Origin: Pseudohongiellaceae bacterium | GTDB lineage: Bacteria; Pseudomonadota; Gammaproteobacteria; Pseudomonadales; Pseudohongiellaceae | Direction: 5' to 3' | Assembly: GCA_041689205.1 (NCBI GenBank) | Contig: JBDNGQ010000209.1 | Coordinates: 3,842-67,841, forward strand | DNA length: 64,000 bases | In this document: piece after piece, positions 30,372-40,784 of the stretch | Numbering within the stretch: position 1 is the first letter of the stretch | Layout: each line of letters starts with the position of its first letter | Made by a program: the position numbers and the translations under genes | The notes under the pieces: generated by a model | What the model was told of the DNA's origin: nothing | The model's input: the letters and a program-made list of their open reading frames with translations, nothing else | Database searches by the model: none

Positions 30372-31054
30372 TGTCGACTCCTCTTTTCTGCGCGGTTCTG
30401 GTCAAGATCAAGAATGCGCAACGTACACGGCACTTCGAGACGATGATGGGTAGTGACCAAAACGGCCCCACCGGCGCTGACATGCTCTGCAAGCAGCGTT
30501 TCCAGCGCCTTTACTCCTTTCACATCAAGGGTGGTAAACGGTTCATCCAGAATCCACAAACGCGCCGGGCTGATCTGTAGACTTGCCAACGACACCCGTT
30601 GCTGCTGACCGGCAGACAGATTACGGCAAGGTACGTCCTCATAACCGGACAAACTCACATAAGCCAGAGCCTGCTCAATAGCTGCATCTGAAACTCTGGT
30701 ATGCAGCGCGCAACGCCAGCGCAGGTTTTCTCTGGGGGAAAGGATTTTATTGACGGCATTGCGATGCCCGATATACAGAAGGGAAGCAAGAAACAGCTCC
30801 CGATTGCGATGCACTGGCCGCCCCTGCCAGTAGATCTCACCTTCAAAGCTATCGTTGAGCCCGCAGATAATACGCAACAGAGTCGTTTTTCCACTGCCAT
30901 TGCTGCCCTTTACCTGCAGCAGATCACCGGCAGCGACAGAAAAATCCAGTCCTGTAAACAGAACCCTGTCATCACGCTCACAGAACAGATTGCTGACCTG
31001 CAGTAAAGGAACTGCCGCTTTGCCGGAATCTATTACAGGAGTTGATGATGACAT
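30368..31054 (-). CDS. ccmA: Cytochrome c biogenesis ATP-binding export protein CcmA
   Basis: Walker A GSNGSGKTT, signature LSAGQQQR and Walker B LWILDEP. Confidence 0.92.
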   Translation of the reverse strand: MSSSTPVIDSGKAAVPLLQVSNLFCERDDRVLFTGLDFSVAAGDLLQVKGSNGSGKTTLLRIICGLNDSFEGEIYWQGRPVHRNRELFLASLLYIGHRNAVNKILSPRENLRWRCALHTRVSDAAIEQALAYVSLSGYEDVPCRNLSAGQQQRVSLASLQISPARLWILDEPFTTLDVKGVKALETLLAEHVSAGGAVLVTTHHRLEVPCTLRILDLDQNRAEKRSRQ

Positions 31055-31098
31055 AAGGTTTTCCCAGCACGCAGGTTTAAGCAGGACAGAGGGTCAGG

Positions 31099-31668
31099 TC
31101 AGGCTTTCGGAGGCGTGACGCCAAGCTGCCCCATATACTTGCCGTTGCGTTGCTTGTAGGTCATCTCGCACTGCTCATCCGATTGATAAAACAGCATCTG
31201 TGCCACGCCTTCATTGGCGTAAATTTTAGCTGGCAGCGGTGTGGTATTAGAAAATTCCAGAGTGACATGCCCTTCCCACTCCGGTTCCAGCGGAGTTACA
31301 TTTACAATTATGCCGCAGCGGGCATAAGTCGATTTACCCAGACAGACGGTCAGTACATCACTGGGTATGCGGAAGAATTCGATAGTACGCGCCAAAGCAA
31401 AGGAATTCGGCGGAATGATACAGTAGGGTTCATCGATACTGACAAAACTGTTTTCGTTGAAGTTTTTAGGATCTACTACACTGGAAGTGTGGACATTGGT
31501 AAATATCTTAAATTCAGTAGCACAGCGAACGTCATAACCGTAACTTGAAGTGCCGTAAGAAATAACTTTTTCATTGTTGAGGTAGCGCACCTGACCTGGT
31601 TCAAAAGGCTCGATCATGCCACGTGTCGTAGCCATTTCCCTGATCCATCTGTCTGACTTAATGGTCAT
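31099..31668 (-). CDS. dcd: dCTP deaminase
   Basis: [13 protein letters not shown] start and a Dcd core (SSYGYD..., GHVTLEFSN). Confidence 0.95.
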   Translation of the reverse strand: MTIKSDRWIREMATTRGMIEPFEPGQVRYLNNEKVISYGTSSYGYDVRCATEFKIFTNVHTSSVVDPKNFNENSFVSIDEPYCIIPPNSFALARTIEFFRIPSDVLTVCLGKSTYARCGIIVNVTPLEPEWEGHVTLEFSNTTPLPAKIYANEGVAQMLFYQSDEQCEMTYKQRNGKYMGQLGVTPPKA

Positions 31669-31747
31669 GCTGCTTAAGCTTCCTGTAAGTTCACCGGGCA
31701 ATTCCGAGCGCGCATGATACGATCAAACATCGCAAAACTCACTACCC

Positions 31748-31822
31748 GATTGCAGCTGTGCGAATTACAGCGCAATCGAAGCAGTTCCGTTTGATTCCCT
31801 GAGACGGCCTGTTCAAGGCCGT
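31748..31822 (-). terminator. Two stem-loops between the protease gene and dcd (weak terminator candidates, no U-tract)
   Basis: GATTGCAGCTGT...ACAGCGCAATC (31748-31777) and ACGGCCT-GTTCA-AGGCCGT (31804-31822). Confidence 0.3.
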
Positions 31823-31850
31823 ATTTGACACCTCTATTGATGATCTATTT

Positions 31851-33443
31851 TTACAACCCAGCTGAGGAGAGCGTCTGCTGCTCTGCGAACAGGCCGTCAG
31901 AATAACTGGAAGGTATCCGGTATTGCTGCAGAATATCCTGCTCACTCAGCTGCGCTTCTTTGTGATCAATCACAACCTGGTAGCCACTCGCATTCTTGAA
32001 CACTACATGTGAGTTATCATTGTCCCTCAGCATGCGAATGAATTGATGAAAATCACGTACCGGCACACCATTCACCTGCTCCACGATCCAGTTGCGCATG
32101 TCGTGGTAGCCCAGATTGACGTCAGCTGCCAGCACCTGCAAGGCAACAACCAGTTCACGCTTCTCTGGAGATGCCCATTCACTGCGCGCCTGCAACAAAC
32201 CAACCGGCGCGGTACGACTCCAATCAGAACCCCAACGCTTGATCAGGTTCATATTCAGCGGCACAAACAAAACTCCACCATAGATATAGTATTCAGGGAT
32301 CCGATCAAACTCTTCCTGGCGCACCAGACTGTAATTTTCCTGACGGCGCTTGGCTACCAGTTGATCACTGTAAACCTGGCCTTTGCGCGAATACTCGATA
32401 GAAATTCCGTCACCAATCTGCTGCAGGTCTATGGCATGTTTATAATTTGTCTGCAAAACATTGCTAACCCGAATGGTGCTGTCTCCAGCCACTGGATAGC
32501 CGCCAATGCTTAACAGAACATCGTTCTCCTGCAACACACCTGCAGCGGCAGAGTCATCGAAAACCTTGATAATCAGCACGCCACTCTGCTCAGACGTCAA
32601 GCCGTAGGCAAGTTTAGCCGCTGGACTTTCCAGATCCTGGGTGCGAAAGCCGAGGTCAGGGAAACCATCGTAGGTGCCATCTTCACTGTCAGTCAGCACG
32701 TGGCGAATAATATCGGGCGGCACGAAATAGCCAAGATTTTCAGCCCTGCCACCAGAATTCGCCTGCATAACCACGCCAACAATCTTTTCATTCACGATCA
32801 CTGGACCACCACTGTTGCCCGGATTGATCGCAGCATCTAGCTGCCCGGCCAGCAGATATTCTCCAGAATGTGCATAAACCTGCTGTTCAACGCGTGACAG
32901 AATGCCTTTAGTGATACTCATGGTTCGGCCACCCATCGGATAGCCAAAAACATAAACCTCTCCATGAGGATCGGGCAGGTCGCCAATCTCAAGTGGCGAG
33001 AGACCCAGAAAAAAACCTGGATCGTCGACGGAAATGATTGCAAGATCAGAGGCATGAGAGACAAAGCTGACCCGTGCCAGATAACGCGTAGGATCATTAT
33101 GCTTCTGCACCTGCACATAACTGGCATTCGCCACCACATGCGCGTTGGTTAGAATACGGTTACCGCTGATTACGCTGCCAGAGCCGGTGGATTGGCTTGG
33201 CGTTAACAAACGCCAGGGCGTGAAGTAATCTGGTTCAGCGGCAGTGGTATAGACTTTGACAATCGAATTTTCGACTTCGCGCATCGAATCTGAAATCTGC
33301 GCCTGTGCAGGTAAAGCCTGACTCATCAGCAGGGTTGCGGAAACGATCTGGGCTATAGTTAGGTGTTTTCCTCTAAATACACTTGATAACTTTGATGTAG
33401 ACTTTCGCCAATGGTTGGACAGGGGTTGGCATAAAGTCATGCT
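31851..33443 (-). CDS. Secreted trypsin-like serine protease, HtrA/Deg family with PDZ-like C-terminal domains
   Basis: Catalytic motifs TNAHVV (His) and GNSGGPV (Ser) and a signal-like N-terminus. The start could be 33491 or 33443. Confidence 0.8.
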   Translation of the reverse strand, partial: SMTLCQPLSNHWRKSTSKLSSVFRGKHLTIAQIVSATLLMSQALPAQAQISDSMREVENSIVKVYTTAAEPDYFTPWRLLTPSQSTGSGSVISGNRILTNAHVVANASYVQVQKHNDPTRYLARVSFVSHASDLAIISVDDPGFFLGLSPLEIGDLPDPHGEVYVFGYPMGGRTMSITKGILSRVEQQVYAHSGEYLLAGQLDAAINPGNSGGPVIVNEKIVGVVMQANSGGRAENLGYFVPPDIIRHVLTDSEDGTYDGFPDLGFRTQDLESPAAKLAYGLTSEQSGVLIIKVFDDSAAAGVLQENDVLLSIGGYPVAGDSTIRVSNVLQTNYKHAIDLQQIGDGISIEYSRKGQVYSDQLVAKRRQENYSLVRQEEFDRIPEYYIYGGVLFVPLNMNLIKRWGSDWSRTAPVGLLQARSEWASPEKRELVVALQVLAADVNLGYHDMRNWIVEQVNGVPVRDFHQFIRMLRDNDNSHVVFKNASGYQVVIDHKEAQLSEQDILQQYRIPSSYSDGLFAEQQTLSSAGL

Positions 33444-33578
33444 TAAGGTTTCCTTGATAGTCTTAAGCAGGACCGTAGATAATTGCAGCATGAAACTTCC
33501 TCCGACATAGACACTGGTTACTATTTACTCAATCCTGGGCGTGGCGGGAGTAAAACCTAAATCCCGTGCCTGAGTCAA

Positions 33579-35675
33579 TTACATTATGCGCATCCCAGGC
33601 TGAGCACCACTGTCCGGCGTTAACAACCAGATGTCTTTCCCCTCTGCACCCCCCGGCCCTGCTGCAAGTACCATTCCTTCTGACATTCCAAATTTCATTT
33701 TACGGGCTTGTAAATTCGCAACCATTACGGTCAGACGACCAATCAGTTGCTCTGGCCGGTATGCGGATTTTATTCCCGAGAATACCGTACGCAGTTGCGG
33801 ATGCCCGTCTGCATTAAGACCCAGATCCAGCTGCAGCCTAAGCAGTTTATCCGCCCCCTCTACATGTTCCGCATGTATGATGCGTGCGACGCGCAAATCG
33901 ACTTTGGCAAAATCCGGAAATTGTATCTCTGGCATTAGCGGCTCCGCTTTCAGTGGCGAACCGATGACTGCAACTGGCGCAGCGGAGCCAGCGCTTCCGG
34001 CAGCCGTCAGCGCAGCCTCCGCTGCTGTCTGCTCAACCATCGCATCTACCTTGTCCTGCTCCACCCGGCTCATCAGCGGAACAAACGCATTTATTTTATG
34101 ATTCAGCAATGTAGTGTCCAGATCACCCCAGCGTAATGGCGGCACGTTCAAGAATAACTCCGCCTGCCCGGTCATCGTTGGCAATACCGGTTTCAGGTAA
34201 ATCATCACCAGACGGAACAGATTAATACCGGTGCTGCACACTGCCTGCACTTCGGGAGCTTGTTTATCTGTTTTAGCCAGCAGCCAGGGCTGCTTCTCAG
34301 CAATGTATTGATTGGCCCGGTCGGCCAGCGTCATTACTGTGCGCATGGCTTTGCTATACTCGCGCTGCTCATAGTAGACGGCTATTTCCTTGCCGACTTC
34401 CTGAAATGAAGCCACCAGCTCTGGCTCACTGCATTCAGCTGCCAGCATTCCATTAAAGCCTTTTTGGATAAAGCCCGCGCATCGGCTGGCAATATTAACA
34501 ACCTTGCCTACCAGATCAGCGTTCACCCGGGTAATAAAGTCATTCAGGTTAAGATCCAGATCATCAACCCCACTGCCCAGCTTGGCTGCCAGATAGTAAC
34601 GCAGGTACTCTGGATTCAGATGTTGCAGCCAGGTTGCCGCATTAATAAAGGTGCCACGCGACTTCGACATCTTTTTACCATCAACGGTCAGGAATCCATG
34701 CACGAACACGGCTGTTGGCTTTCGGTAGCCAGCACTGGTCAGCATTGCAGGCCAGAACAAAGCGTGGAAATTGATAATATCTTTACCAATGAAATGATAA
34801 AGCTCTGCAGAACTTCCCGGTTTCCAATAATCATCAAACTGATAATCACTACGCTCACACAAATCCTTGAAGCTGGCCATGTAGCCTATAGGCGCGTCCA
34901 ACCACACGTAGAAATATTTACCGGGTGTATCTGGAATCTCAAAACCAAAATAAGGGGCGTCACGGCTAATGTCCCATTCCTGCAAACCGCCTTCCAGCCA
35001 CTCACTGAGTTTATTGGCAACCTGCTCCTGCAACGCACCACTGCGCGTCCATTGTTTCAGCATGTCGGAAAATTCAGGCAGTCTGAAAAAATAATGAATT
35101 GACTCTTTTTCGATAGGAACAGCTCCTGAAAGAGTCGAACGAGGGTTGATCAATTCGGAGGCGTTATAAGTGGCGTTGCAGACTTCGCAGTTATCTCCAT
35201 ACTGATCCTCCGCTTTACAGCGCGGACAGCCTCCCTTAACAAAACGATCCGCGAGAAACAGGTTTTTTTCGGGATCGTACAATTGCATGATGGTGCGTGA
35301 ACTGATGTGATCATTGGCGCGCAAAGCTTTGTATATAGACTCAGACAGCTCGCGATTATGCTGTGAATGGGTGGAATGATAGTTATCGAACTGGATGTTA
35401 AAACCAGCGAAATCCGCCTGGTGTTCCGCCCGCACGCGGTCAATCAATGCTTCCGCACTGATGCCTTCGTTTTCAGCCCGCAGCATGATACCGGTGCCAT
35501 GGGCATCGTCAGCACAGACATAAACACAATCCTCGCCTCTCAACCGTTGCATGCGCACCCAGATATCAGTCTGTATGACTTCCATCAGGTGTCCAAGGTG
35601 AATTCCGCCATTGGCATAAGGCAAGGCGCTGGTTACCAGTATTTTCCGCTGCTTTTGTCCGGTCTGTGCTTGCAC
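33579..35675 (-). CDS. metG: Methionine--tRNA ligase
   Basis: HLGH (HIGH), KMSKS, the zinc knuckle CPRC...CEVC and a C-terminal tRNA-binding (EMAP-like) domain. Confidence 0.97.
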   Translation of the reverse strand: MQAQTGQKQRKILVTSALPYANGGIHLGHLMEVIQTDIWVRMQRLRGEDCVYVCADDAHGTGIMLRAENEGISAEALIDRVRAEHQADFAGFNIQFDNYHSTHSQHNRELSESIYKALRANDHISSRTIMQLYDPEKNLFLADRFVKGGCPRCKAEDQYGDNCEVCNATYNASELINPRSTLSGAVPIEKESIHYFFRLPEFSDMLKQWTRSGALQEQVANKLSEWLEGGLQEWDISRDAPYFGFEIPDTPGKYFYVWLDAPIGYMASFKDLCERSDYQFDDYWKPGSSAELYHFIGKDIINFHALFWPAMLTSAGYRKPTAVFVHGFLTVDGKKMSKSRGTFINAATWLQHLNPEYLRYYLAAKLGSGVDDLDLNLNDFITRVNADLVGKVVNIASRCAGFIQKGFNGMLAAECSEPELVASFQEVGKEIAVYYEQREYSKAMRTVMTLADRANQYIAEKQPWLLAKTDKQAPEVQAVCSTGINLFRLVMIYLKPVLPTMTGQAELFLNVPPLRWGDLDTTLLNHKINAFVPLMSRVEQDKVDAMVEQTAAEAALTAAGSAGSAAPVAVIGSPLKAEPLMPEIQFPDFAKVDLRVARIIHAEHVEGADKLLRLQLDLGLNADGHPQLRTVFSGIKSAYRPEQLIGRLTVMVANLQARKMKFGMSEGMVLAAGPGGAEGKDIWLLTPDSGAQPGMRIM

Positions 35676-35707
35676 GTCATCTTCCTTTCAATTATTCCCC
35701 AACAGAG

Positions 35708-35875
35708 TCAGGCCAGTTCAATCATTTCAAAATCTTCTTTTCCTACGCCGCACTCGGGACACATCCAGTCATCCGGAACATCCTCCCAACGCGTGCCAGG
35801 TGCAATACCCTCTTCAGGCGAACCCGTCTGTTCATCATAAATATAGCCACAAACCATGCATTGCCATTTTTTCAT
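35708..35875 (-). CDS. Rubredoxin
   Basis: Manual translation: MKKWQCMVCGYIYDEQTGSPEEGIAPGTRWEDVPDDWMCPECGVGKEDFEMIELA (55 aa). It has two CxxCG knuckles and the conserved W/Y/F core. It is below the 60-aa track cutoff. Confidence 0.88.
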   Translation of the reverse strand: MKKWQCMVCGYIYDEQTGSPEEGIAPGTRWEDVPDDWMCPECGVGKEDFEMIELA

Positions 35876-36041
35876 TCAGTCACCGTCTGTATTCGTTACA
35901 CAGGAAACAAGGGCGCAGATGATACTGCAAGACGATAAAATATTCAGCCGAATCTATCAGCAAGGACGCTCCCGGTTTGCAGGTATATGCTAGAATCCGG
36001 TCACTCCTGCTCCTTATAGATTTTTTAGGAAGATCTGTTAA

Positions 36042-36617
36042 GTGTCTGAAATCTTTTTAGTTATAGTAAGTTCAGCACTAATTAACAATATTGTACTGGT
36101 GCAGTTTCTCGGCGCAGCGCCGGTATTGGCTGCAGCAGATCGCTTCAATCATGCGCTTTCACTGAGCATACTGAGCAGTGTGGTATTAATTTCGTCCGTA
36201 ATCTTTAATCATCTGATTGACACGTGGATTTTGCAGCCGGCGGGTCTTACAGCGATTCGCCTGTTGATATTTGCTCTGGGCATTGCACTGCATGTCATGT
36301 TGCTCGGAGTCCTGCTGCGCAGGCATCTGCCTTTGCTGCACCGGCGACTGGGCTTGAACTTGACCTTGATAGCGGCTAATACCGCGGTACTGGGATCTTC
36401 CATGCTCGTTGTTAACAGAGACGGCACTTTTATAGACAGCGTGAGTTTTGCGGTGGGTTCTGCCACAGGTTTTTCCCTGGTGATGCTGATGTTCTCGGCT
36501 ATGCATGACCGCTTGAACAGTGCGGCAGTGCCTCTGCCATTTCGTGGAGCGGCAATCAGCCTGATCAGTGCGGGGTTAATGGCATTGGGATTCATGGGAT
36601 TTGTCGGTCTGGTCTGA
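36042..36617 (+). CDS. rnfA: Rnf/Rsx electron transport complex subunit A (divergent, lacks both conserved cysteines)
   Basis: 191 aa with a GTG start. The RnfA signature ends are present (INNIVLVQFLG..., PLPFRGAAISLISAGLMALGFMGF). Confidence 0.88.
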   Translation: MSEIFLVIVSSALINNIVLVQFLGAAPVLAAADRFNHALSLSILSSVVLISSVIFNHLIDTWILQPAGLTAIRLLIFALGIALHVMLLGVLLRRHLPLLHRRLGLNLTLIAANTAVLGSSMLVVNRDGTFIDSVSFAVGSATGFSLVMLMFSAMHDRLNSAAVPLPFRGAAISLISAGLMALGFMGFVGLV

Positions 36618-36687
36618 GCTAAGGTTTGGAATAACGGTCTGGGCTAAGAGTCTGGACTAACGGTCGGAGCTAAGAGTTGGAGATTAA
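36611..36687. repeat. Three tandem, imperfect 25-26-bp repeats spanning the rnfA stop and the rnfA-rnfB spacer
   Basis: GGTCTGAGCTAAGGTTTGGAATAAC / GGTCTGGGCTAAGAGTCTGGACTAAC / GGTCGGAGCTAAGAGTTGGAGATTAA. Confidence 0.75.
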
Positions 36688-36693
36688 AGGTAG

Positions 36694-37257
36694 TTGATAG
36701 CAGCCTTAATATTAGTAGTGATGGGGTTAATGGTACTCACGGCGATAATCGTATGGCTGGCGGGAGCTCTGTCTGAAAATTCAGGGGCAAGCCCCGTTGC
36801 ACTTGAAGAACGCATTAATCTGTTGCTTCCTCAGACACAGTGCGGTCAATGCGGCCACCCCGGTTGCCGTCCGTACGCACAGGCAATTGCCGCTGGCGAG
36901 GCAATTAACAGATGCCCGCCAGGTGGCCCTGAGACGATAGTCAATCTGTCCCGATTGCTGGGTGTTCCAGCGGTTCCACTGGATGTCAGCCATGGAGAAC
37001 ACCGGCCGCGCAAACTGGCCTTTATCAGAGAAGCCGAATGTATCGGCTGTACCAAATGTATTCAGGCTTGCCCGGTAGATGCCATTCTGGGTGCGGCTAA
37101 ACTGATGCACACGATAATTGAATCAGAATGTACCGGCTGTGATCTTTGCGTAGCTCCCTGCCCGGTTGATTGCATAGACATGTTATCGGTGCCGGTAACT
37201 CCGCAAAACTGGGAATGGTCAATGCCAACTGTATGCGCTGTAAGGAAGGCAGGATGA
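36694..37257 (+). CDS. rnfB: Rnf/Rsx electron transport complex subunit B
   Basis: N-terminal TM anchor, [13 protein letters not shown], and two ferredoxin-type motifs [12 protein letters not shown] and [12 protein letters not shown]. It has a TTG start. Confidence 0.9.
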   Translation: MIAALILVVMGLMVLTAIIVWLAGALSENSGASPVALEERINLLLPQTQCGQCGHPGCRPYAQAIAAGEAINRCPPGGPETIVNLSRLLGVPAVPLDVSHGEHRPRKLAFIREAECIGCTKCIQACPVDAILGAAKLMHTIIESECTGCDLCVAPCPVDCIDMLSVPVTPQNWEWSMPTVCAVRKAG

Positions 37258-38915
37258 TTGCCATACTAAGAGACATTCGTCAGCGCCTGCTGCGCAAACG
37301 CGGCTGGCAGCGCAAGCGCTATGGCTTTGCCGGTGGTATACATCCGCCGATTAACAAGACCAGATCCCTGCGAGAGCAAATACTCATTGCGCCCGTGCCA
37401 AAACAACTGGTGCTGCCTTTGAGCCAACACATCGGTAAACCATCACTGCCTCTGGTACAGCCTGGAGAGCGGGTTTTTAAAGGACAGTTAATCGCTGCTG
37501 CTGATGGTTTGCTTAGTGCACAGCTGCACGCCCCGAGCTCAGGACTAATAAGTGCTATTGAACTTCGCCCGGTACCACACGCCTCCGGCTTGTCAGGCTG
37601 GTGTATCATCCTCGACTGTGACGGAAAAGATGAATGGATTAAAAATCAAAAACTTAAGAATAAAAGCTACACTGAATTATCAGCTGATAATTTGATTCGA
37701 CAGATCTTTGAAGCAGGCATAAGTGGACTAGGCGGAGCCGGGTATCCCACCGAACGCAAGATCAGCGGATCAGCACAAGCACGAATCCACACACTGATTA
37801 TTAATGCCGCTGAATGTGAACCCTACATCAGCGCCGATGAAGCCTTGATGCGTGAGCGCGCTGGTGAGATTAAAACCGGTATCGAGATACTGCAGCATAT
37901 CCTGCAGCCGCAACAATGTCTGATTGGGATAGAAGACAGCAAACCTGAGGCCATAGAGCAAATGCTGCTGGCCACTGCTGGCAGTGCCATTGAGCTTGTG
38001 GTGATTCCGACAAAATATCCTTCCGGGGGTGAAAAGCAGTTGATCCGAATATTGACCGGACAGGAGGTGCCTATCGGCAAGCTGCCAGCTGATATTGGCA
38101 TTTTGTGTCAGAACATCGGCACCGTCTATGCGATTTACCGTGCCATAATTTGTGCCGAACCTCTGATCTCACGCATAACCACGGTCACCGGTGCTGCGCT
38201 GGACAGACCGCGCAATGTCGAAACACTGCTGGGTACCCCGGCGGCGGATCTGCTTGCCTTGTGTGGCGGCAGCAACAGCAGCATTTCCCGATTGATCGTG
38301 GGTGGTCCACTAATGGGATTTGGCGCGTCAGATACTGCCATTCCTGTAATTAAAACAACTAATTGCCTGCTCGCTCCCTGTGGAGAAGAATTGCCCCCGG
38401 CCCCGCCAGCCGAAGATTGCATTCACTGCGGCCTGTGTGTGGAAGTGTGCCCGGTCGGCTTACTGCCACAGCAACTGAATTTCTACAGTCAGAATGGCAA
38501 CCACGAACAGACCCGGAAACATAATCTGTTTGACTGCATCGAATGCGGGGCCTGTGCCTGGGTTTGCCCCAGTCATATTCCGCTGGTGCAGGTTTACCGC
38601 GCAGAGAAGTCCCTTATTCGCGAGCAAGAGGCCAGCCGAGTGCGCGCAGACTACTGGCGGAGTCGTTTCGAATTTCGACAGTTGCGTATTGTCGATCTGG
38701 CGGCCGAACGTGAGACCAGAAAGGCAGAGCGGCTGCAGGCGCGGCGCAGCTCCAATATTGCAGCCGAAGCTGCAGTCCGCATTGAGCCGGTACGCAAAAC
38801 TGCTGAACAATTAAAAGCCGAAATACAGGCTGCCGTGGCGCGCGCAAAAGCAAAAAAGAAGGTTGACCAAGCCTGGCGCAGCAATGCTGGCAGTAACTCC
38901 GAAGAGCCCTCATAG
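37254..38915 (+). CDS. rnfC: Rnf/Rsx electron transport complex subunit C
   Basis: [29 protein letters not shown] and [13 protein letters not shown] prefer the ATG at 37254, which overlaps the rnfB stop (ATGA). Confidence 0.92.
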   Translation: MIAILRDIRQRLLRKRGWQRKRYGFAGGIHPPINKTRSLREQILIAPVPKQLVLPLSQHIGKPSLPLVQPGERVFKGQLIAAADGLLSAQLHAPSSGLISAIELRPVPHASGLSGWCIILDCDGKDEWIKNQKLKNKSYTELSADNLIRQIFEAGISGLGGAGYPTERKISGSAQARIHTLIINAAECEPYISADEALMRERAGEIKTGIEILQHILQPQQCLIGIEDSKPEAIEQMLLATAGSAIELVVIPTKYPSGGEKQLIRILTGQEVPIGKLPADIGILCQNIGTVYAIYRAIICAEPLISRITTVTGAALDRPRNVETLLGTPAADLLALCGGSNSSISRLIVGGPLMGFGASDTAIPVIKTTNCLLAPCGEELPPAPPAEDCIHCGLCVEVCPVGLLPQQLNFYSQNGNHEQTRKHNLFDCIECGACAWVCPSHIPLVQVYRAEKSLIREQEASRVRADYWRSRFEFRQLRIVDLAAERETRKAERLQARRSSNIAAEAAVRIEPVRKTAEQLKAEIQAAVARAKAKKKVDQAWRSNAGSNSEEPS

Positions 38916-40037
38916 ATGCGAATCATCGGTTTGCAGAGCACTAACAGCTCACCGCATCTGCTGGCGGCCGGCAGTACTGCTCGGATTATGCGACTTGTCC
39001 TGCTGGCGTGCATTCCTGCGTTCCTTGCGTCCACCTGGTTTTTCGGTATTGGATTGGGATTAAATCTGTTGATCGCATGCAGCACAGCCATTACGTTTGA
39101 GGCACTTATCAGCATACTGCGCGGGCGCCCGCCGATTCTCTACCTGCGCGACAGCAGCATTCTGGTTACCGCAGTACTTCTTTGTTTTGCTATTCCGCCG
39201 GGCGCACCGTGGTGGATACCATTTATCGGCAGCAGTTTCGCGGTAATAGTTGGCAAGCATGTTTATGGAGGACTTGGCCATAATCTGTTCAATCCCGCTA
39301 TGGTTGCCTATGTCATGCTGTTGATTTCATTCCCATTGGAAATGACCGGCTGGTATATTCCAACGGCAGCCAAAGTGGCTGCCGAACGCGCTGATCCCTT
39401 AAGCATTCAGGGCATACTGATCAGTCTTCAAATCAGTATCCCTTATCTAAAAAACCTGCCATTGAGTGAATATAAACCCGCTGCTGACGGTTTCGCGATG
39501 GCAACGCCATTAATCGAATACAAATTTGCCGCACCTAATGCCATTTATCGCACCCTTAATGCCAGTGGTGAACTTGACGTCTCGCTGTTCGACCGAGCCT
39601 CGAAAACCGGTTGGGAATGGGTAAATCTGGGTTTTCTGGCAGGTGGTCTGTTTTTGCTCTACAAACGGGTGATTACCTGGCATATCCCCGCAGCTGTGAT
39701 CATTTCACTGAGCCTGCTGGCCTGGTATTTTTATCAACCGGGCAGCGAGGCTATTCATGGATCGCCTTATCTGCATCTTTTTGTCAGCGCGACCATGATA
39801 GGGGCATTTTTCATAGCCACTGATCCGGTCAGTTCGCCAGCCAGCCATGCCGGCAAGATTATCTATGGGGTCATTATCGGTATTGCAATCTATTGCATTC
39901 GCATCTGGGGGAGCTATCTTGATTCAGTGGGCTTTGCTATTTTGCTCGGCAATACCGTGACTCCTTTAATCGATCATTGTGTGCGATCAAGAGTATATGG
40001 CTTTGGACGTTTTAAGTTATCAGGGCAGCGGGTATGA
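38916..40037 (+). CDS. rnfD: Rnf/Rsx electron transport complex subunit D
   Basis: 373 aa, polytopic. NPAMVAYV, DGFAMATPL (the FMN-attachment Thr context) and TDPVSSP are conserved. Confidence 0.92.
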   Translation: MRIIGLQSTNSSPHLLAAGSTARIMRLVLLACIPAFLASTWFFGIGLGLNLLIACSTAITFEALISILRGRPPILYLRDSSILVTAVLLCFAIPPGAPWWIPFIGSSFAVIVGKHVYGGLGHNLFNPAMVAYVMLLISFPLEMTGWYIPTAAKVAAERADPLSIQGILISLQISIPYLKNLPLSEYKPAADGFAMATPLIEYKFAAPNAIYRTLNASGELDVSLFDRASKTGWEWVNLGFLAGGLFLLYKRVITWHIPAAVIISLSLLAWYFYQPGSEAIHGSPYLHLFVSATMIGAFFIATDPVSSPASHAGKIIYGVIIGIAIYCIRIWGSYLDSVGFAILLGNTVTPLIDHCVRSRVYGFGRFKLSGQRV

Positions 40038-40729
40038 GGTCCTGGCAGTCAACAGGGCAGAAATCGCCACTTCTGTTACTGGGGCTGTGTCCTTTGCTGG
40101 CCGTAACTGACACGCCAGTTAAAGCTTTCAGCGTCGGCCTGGGAACTCTGTTGGTGTTACTTTTCAGCAGTCTGGTAGCACTTGTGCTGCGTACACAGCT
40201 AAGCACCCTGACCCGCCTGCCTGTGTTGATCATCGTTATTGCGGGCGGCAGCCTGCTGGTTGATCTTTTGATGCAGGTCTACGCCTATCCAGTCTATAAA
40301 TCGCTGGGATTGTTTGTGCCGCTGATTGCAGCTAATCCTTTGATACTCGCGTGCATTCTTAAGCAGCCCGGCCTCAATGCCACCGCTGCCCCAGATTCGA
40401 CGAGGATTTTCATGAGGCAGTATCTGGGTAACAACCTGATGATCGCATGCTGGTTTTTATTGTTGCTTGTTATCATTGGAGCAATAAGGGAAATACTAGC
40501 TACCGGTGCGGTATTGGCCGACCTGCATCTCATACGGCCAGTATCTGTTGAATGGAAACTGGTCCTGATCGAGGATTACCGCAAATATCTGTTCATGCTG
40601 GCAGCTCCAGGTGCCTTTATTACCGTTGGTTTTGTACTGGCGCTGAAAAATTTGTTGCTTTCCCGGCACACACACGAGCAGCTAAGCGCATTGCCTGGGC
40701 AGGATAAACGCGTGCGAATTCACCTGTGA
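40034..40729 (+). CDS. rnfE: Rnf/Rsx electron transport complex subunit E (divergent)
   Basis: LLGLCPLLAVT, YKSLGLFVPLIAAN... and LAAPGAFITVGFVLALKN. Its start overlaps the rnfD stop by 4 nt. Confidence 0.85.
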   Translation: MRSWQSTGQKSPLLLLGLCPLLAVTDTPVKAFSVGLGTLLVLLFSSLVALVLRTQLSTLTRLPVLIIVIAGGSLLVDLLMQVYAYPVYKSLGLFVPLIAANPLILACILKQPGLNATAAPDSTRIFMRQYLGNNLMIACWFLLLLVIIGAIREILATGAVLADLHLIRPVSVEWKLVLIEDYRKYLFMLAAPGAFITVGFVLALKNLLLSRHTHEQLSALPGQDKRVRIHL

Positions 40730-40784
40730 ACCGAAAGCATGGATCTGTGCACAATATCAAGGACACATCAAATGAACGGTAAGT

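Noticed and set aside
31806-31817. 12-mer GGCCTGTTCAAG shared between the hairpin after the protease gene (31806-31817) and the hairpin after nrdB (50882-50893), considered as a possible REP-like repeat family
   Set aside because: A single shared 12-mer in a 64-kb window is well within chance expectation. The flanks do not align.
34464-35102. 212-aa plus-strand ORF inside metG, and similar long antisense or out-of-frame ORFs (e.g. 8825-9190, 14822-15295, 31150-31548, 32043-32513, 33631-34101, 35367-35840, 38651-39115, 49526-49951, 53815-54207, 54339-54740)
   Set aside because: All lie entirely within strongly supported housekeeping genes on the opposite strand or in another frame. They have no recognisable motifs and look like typical shadow ORFs.
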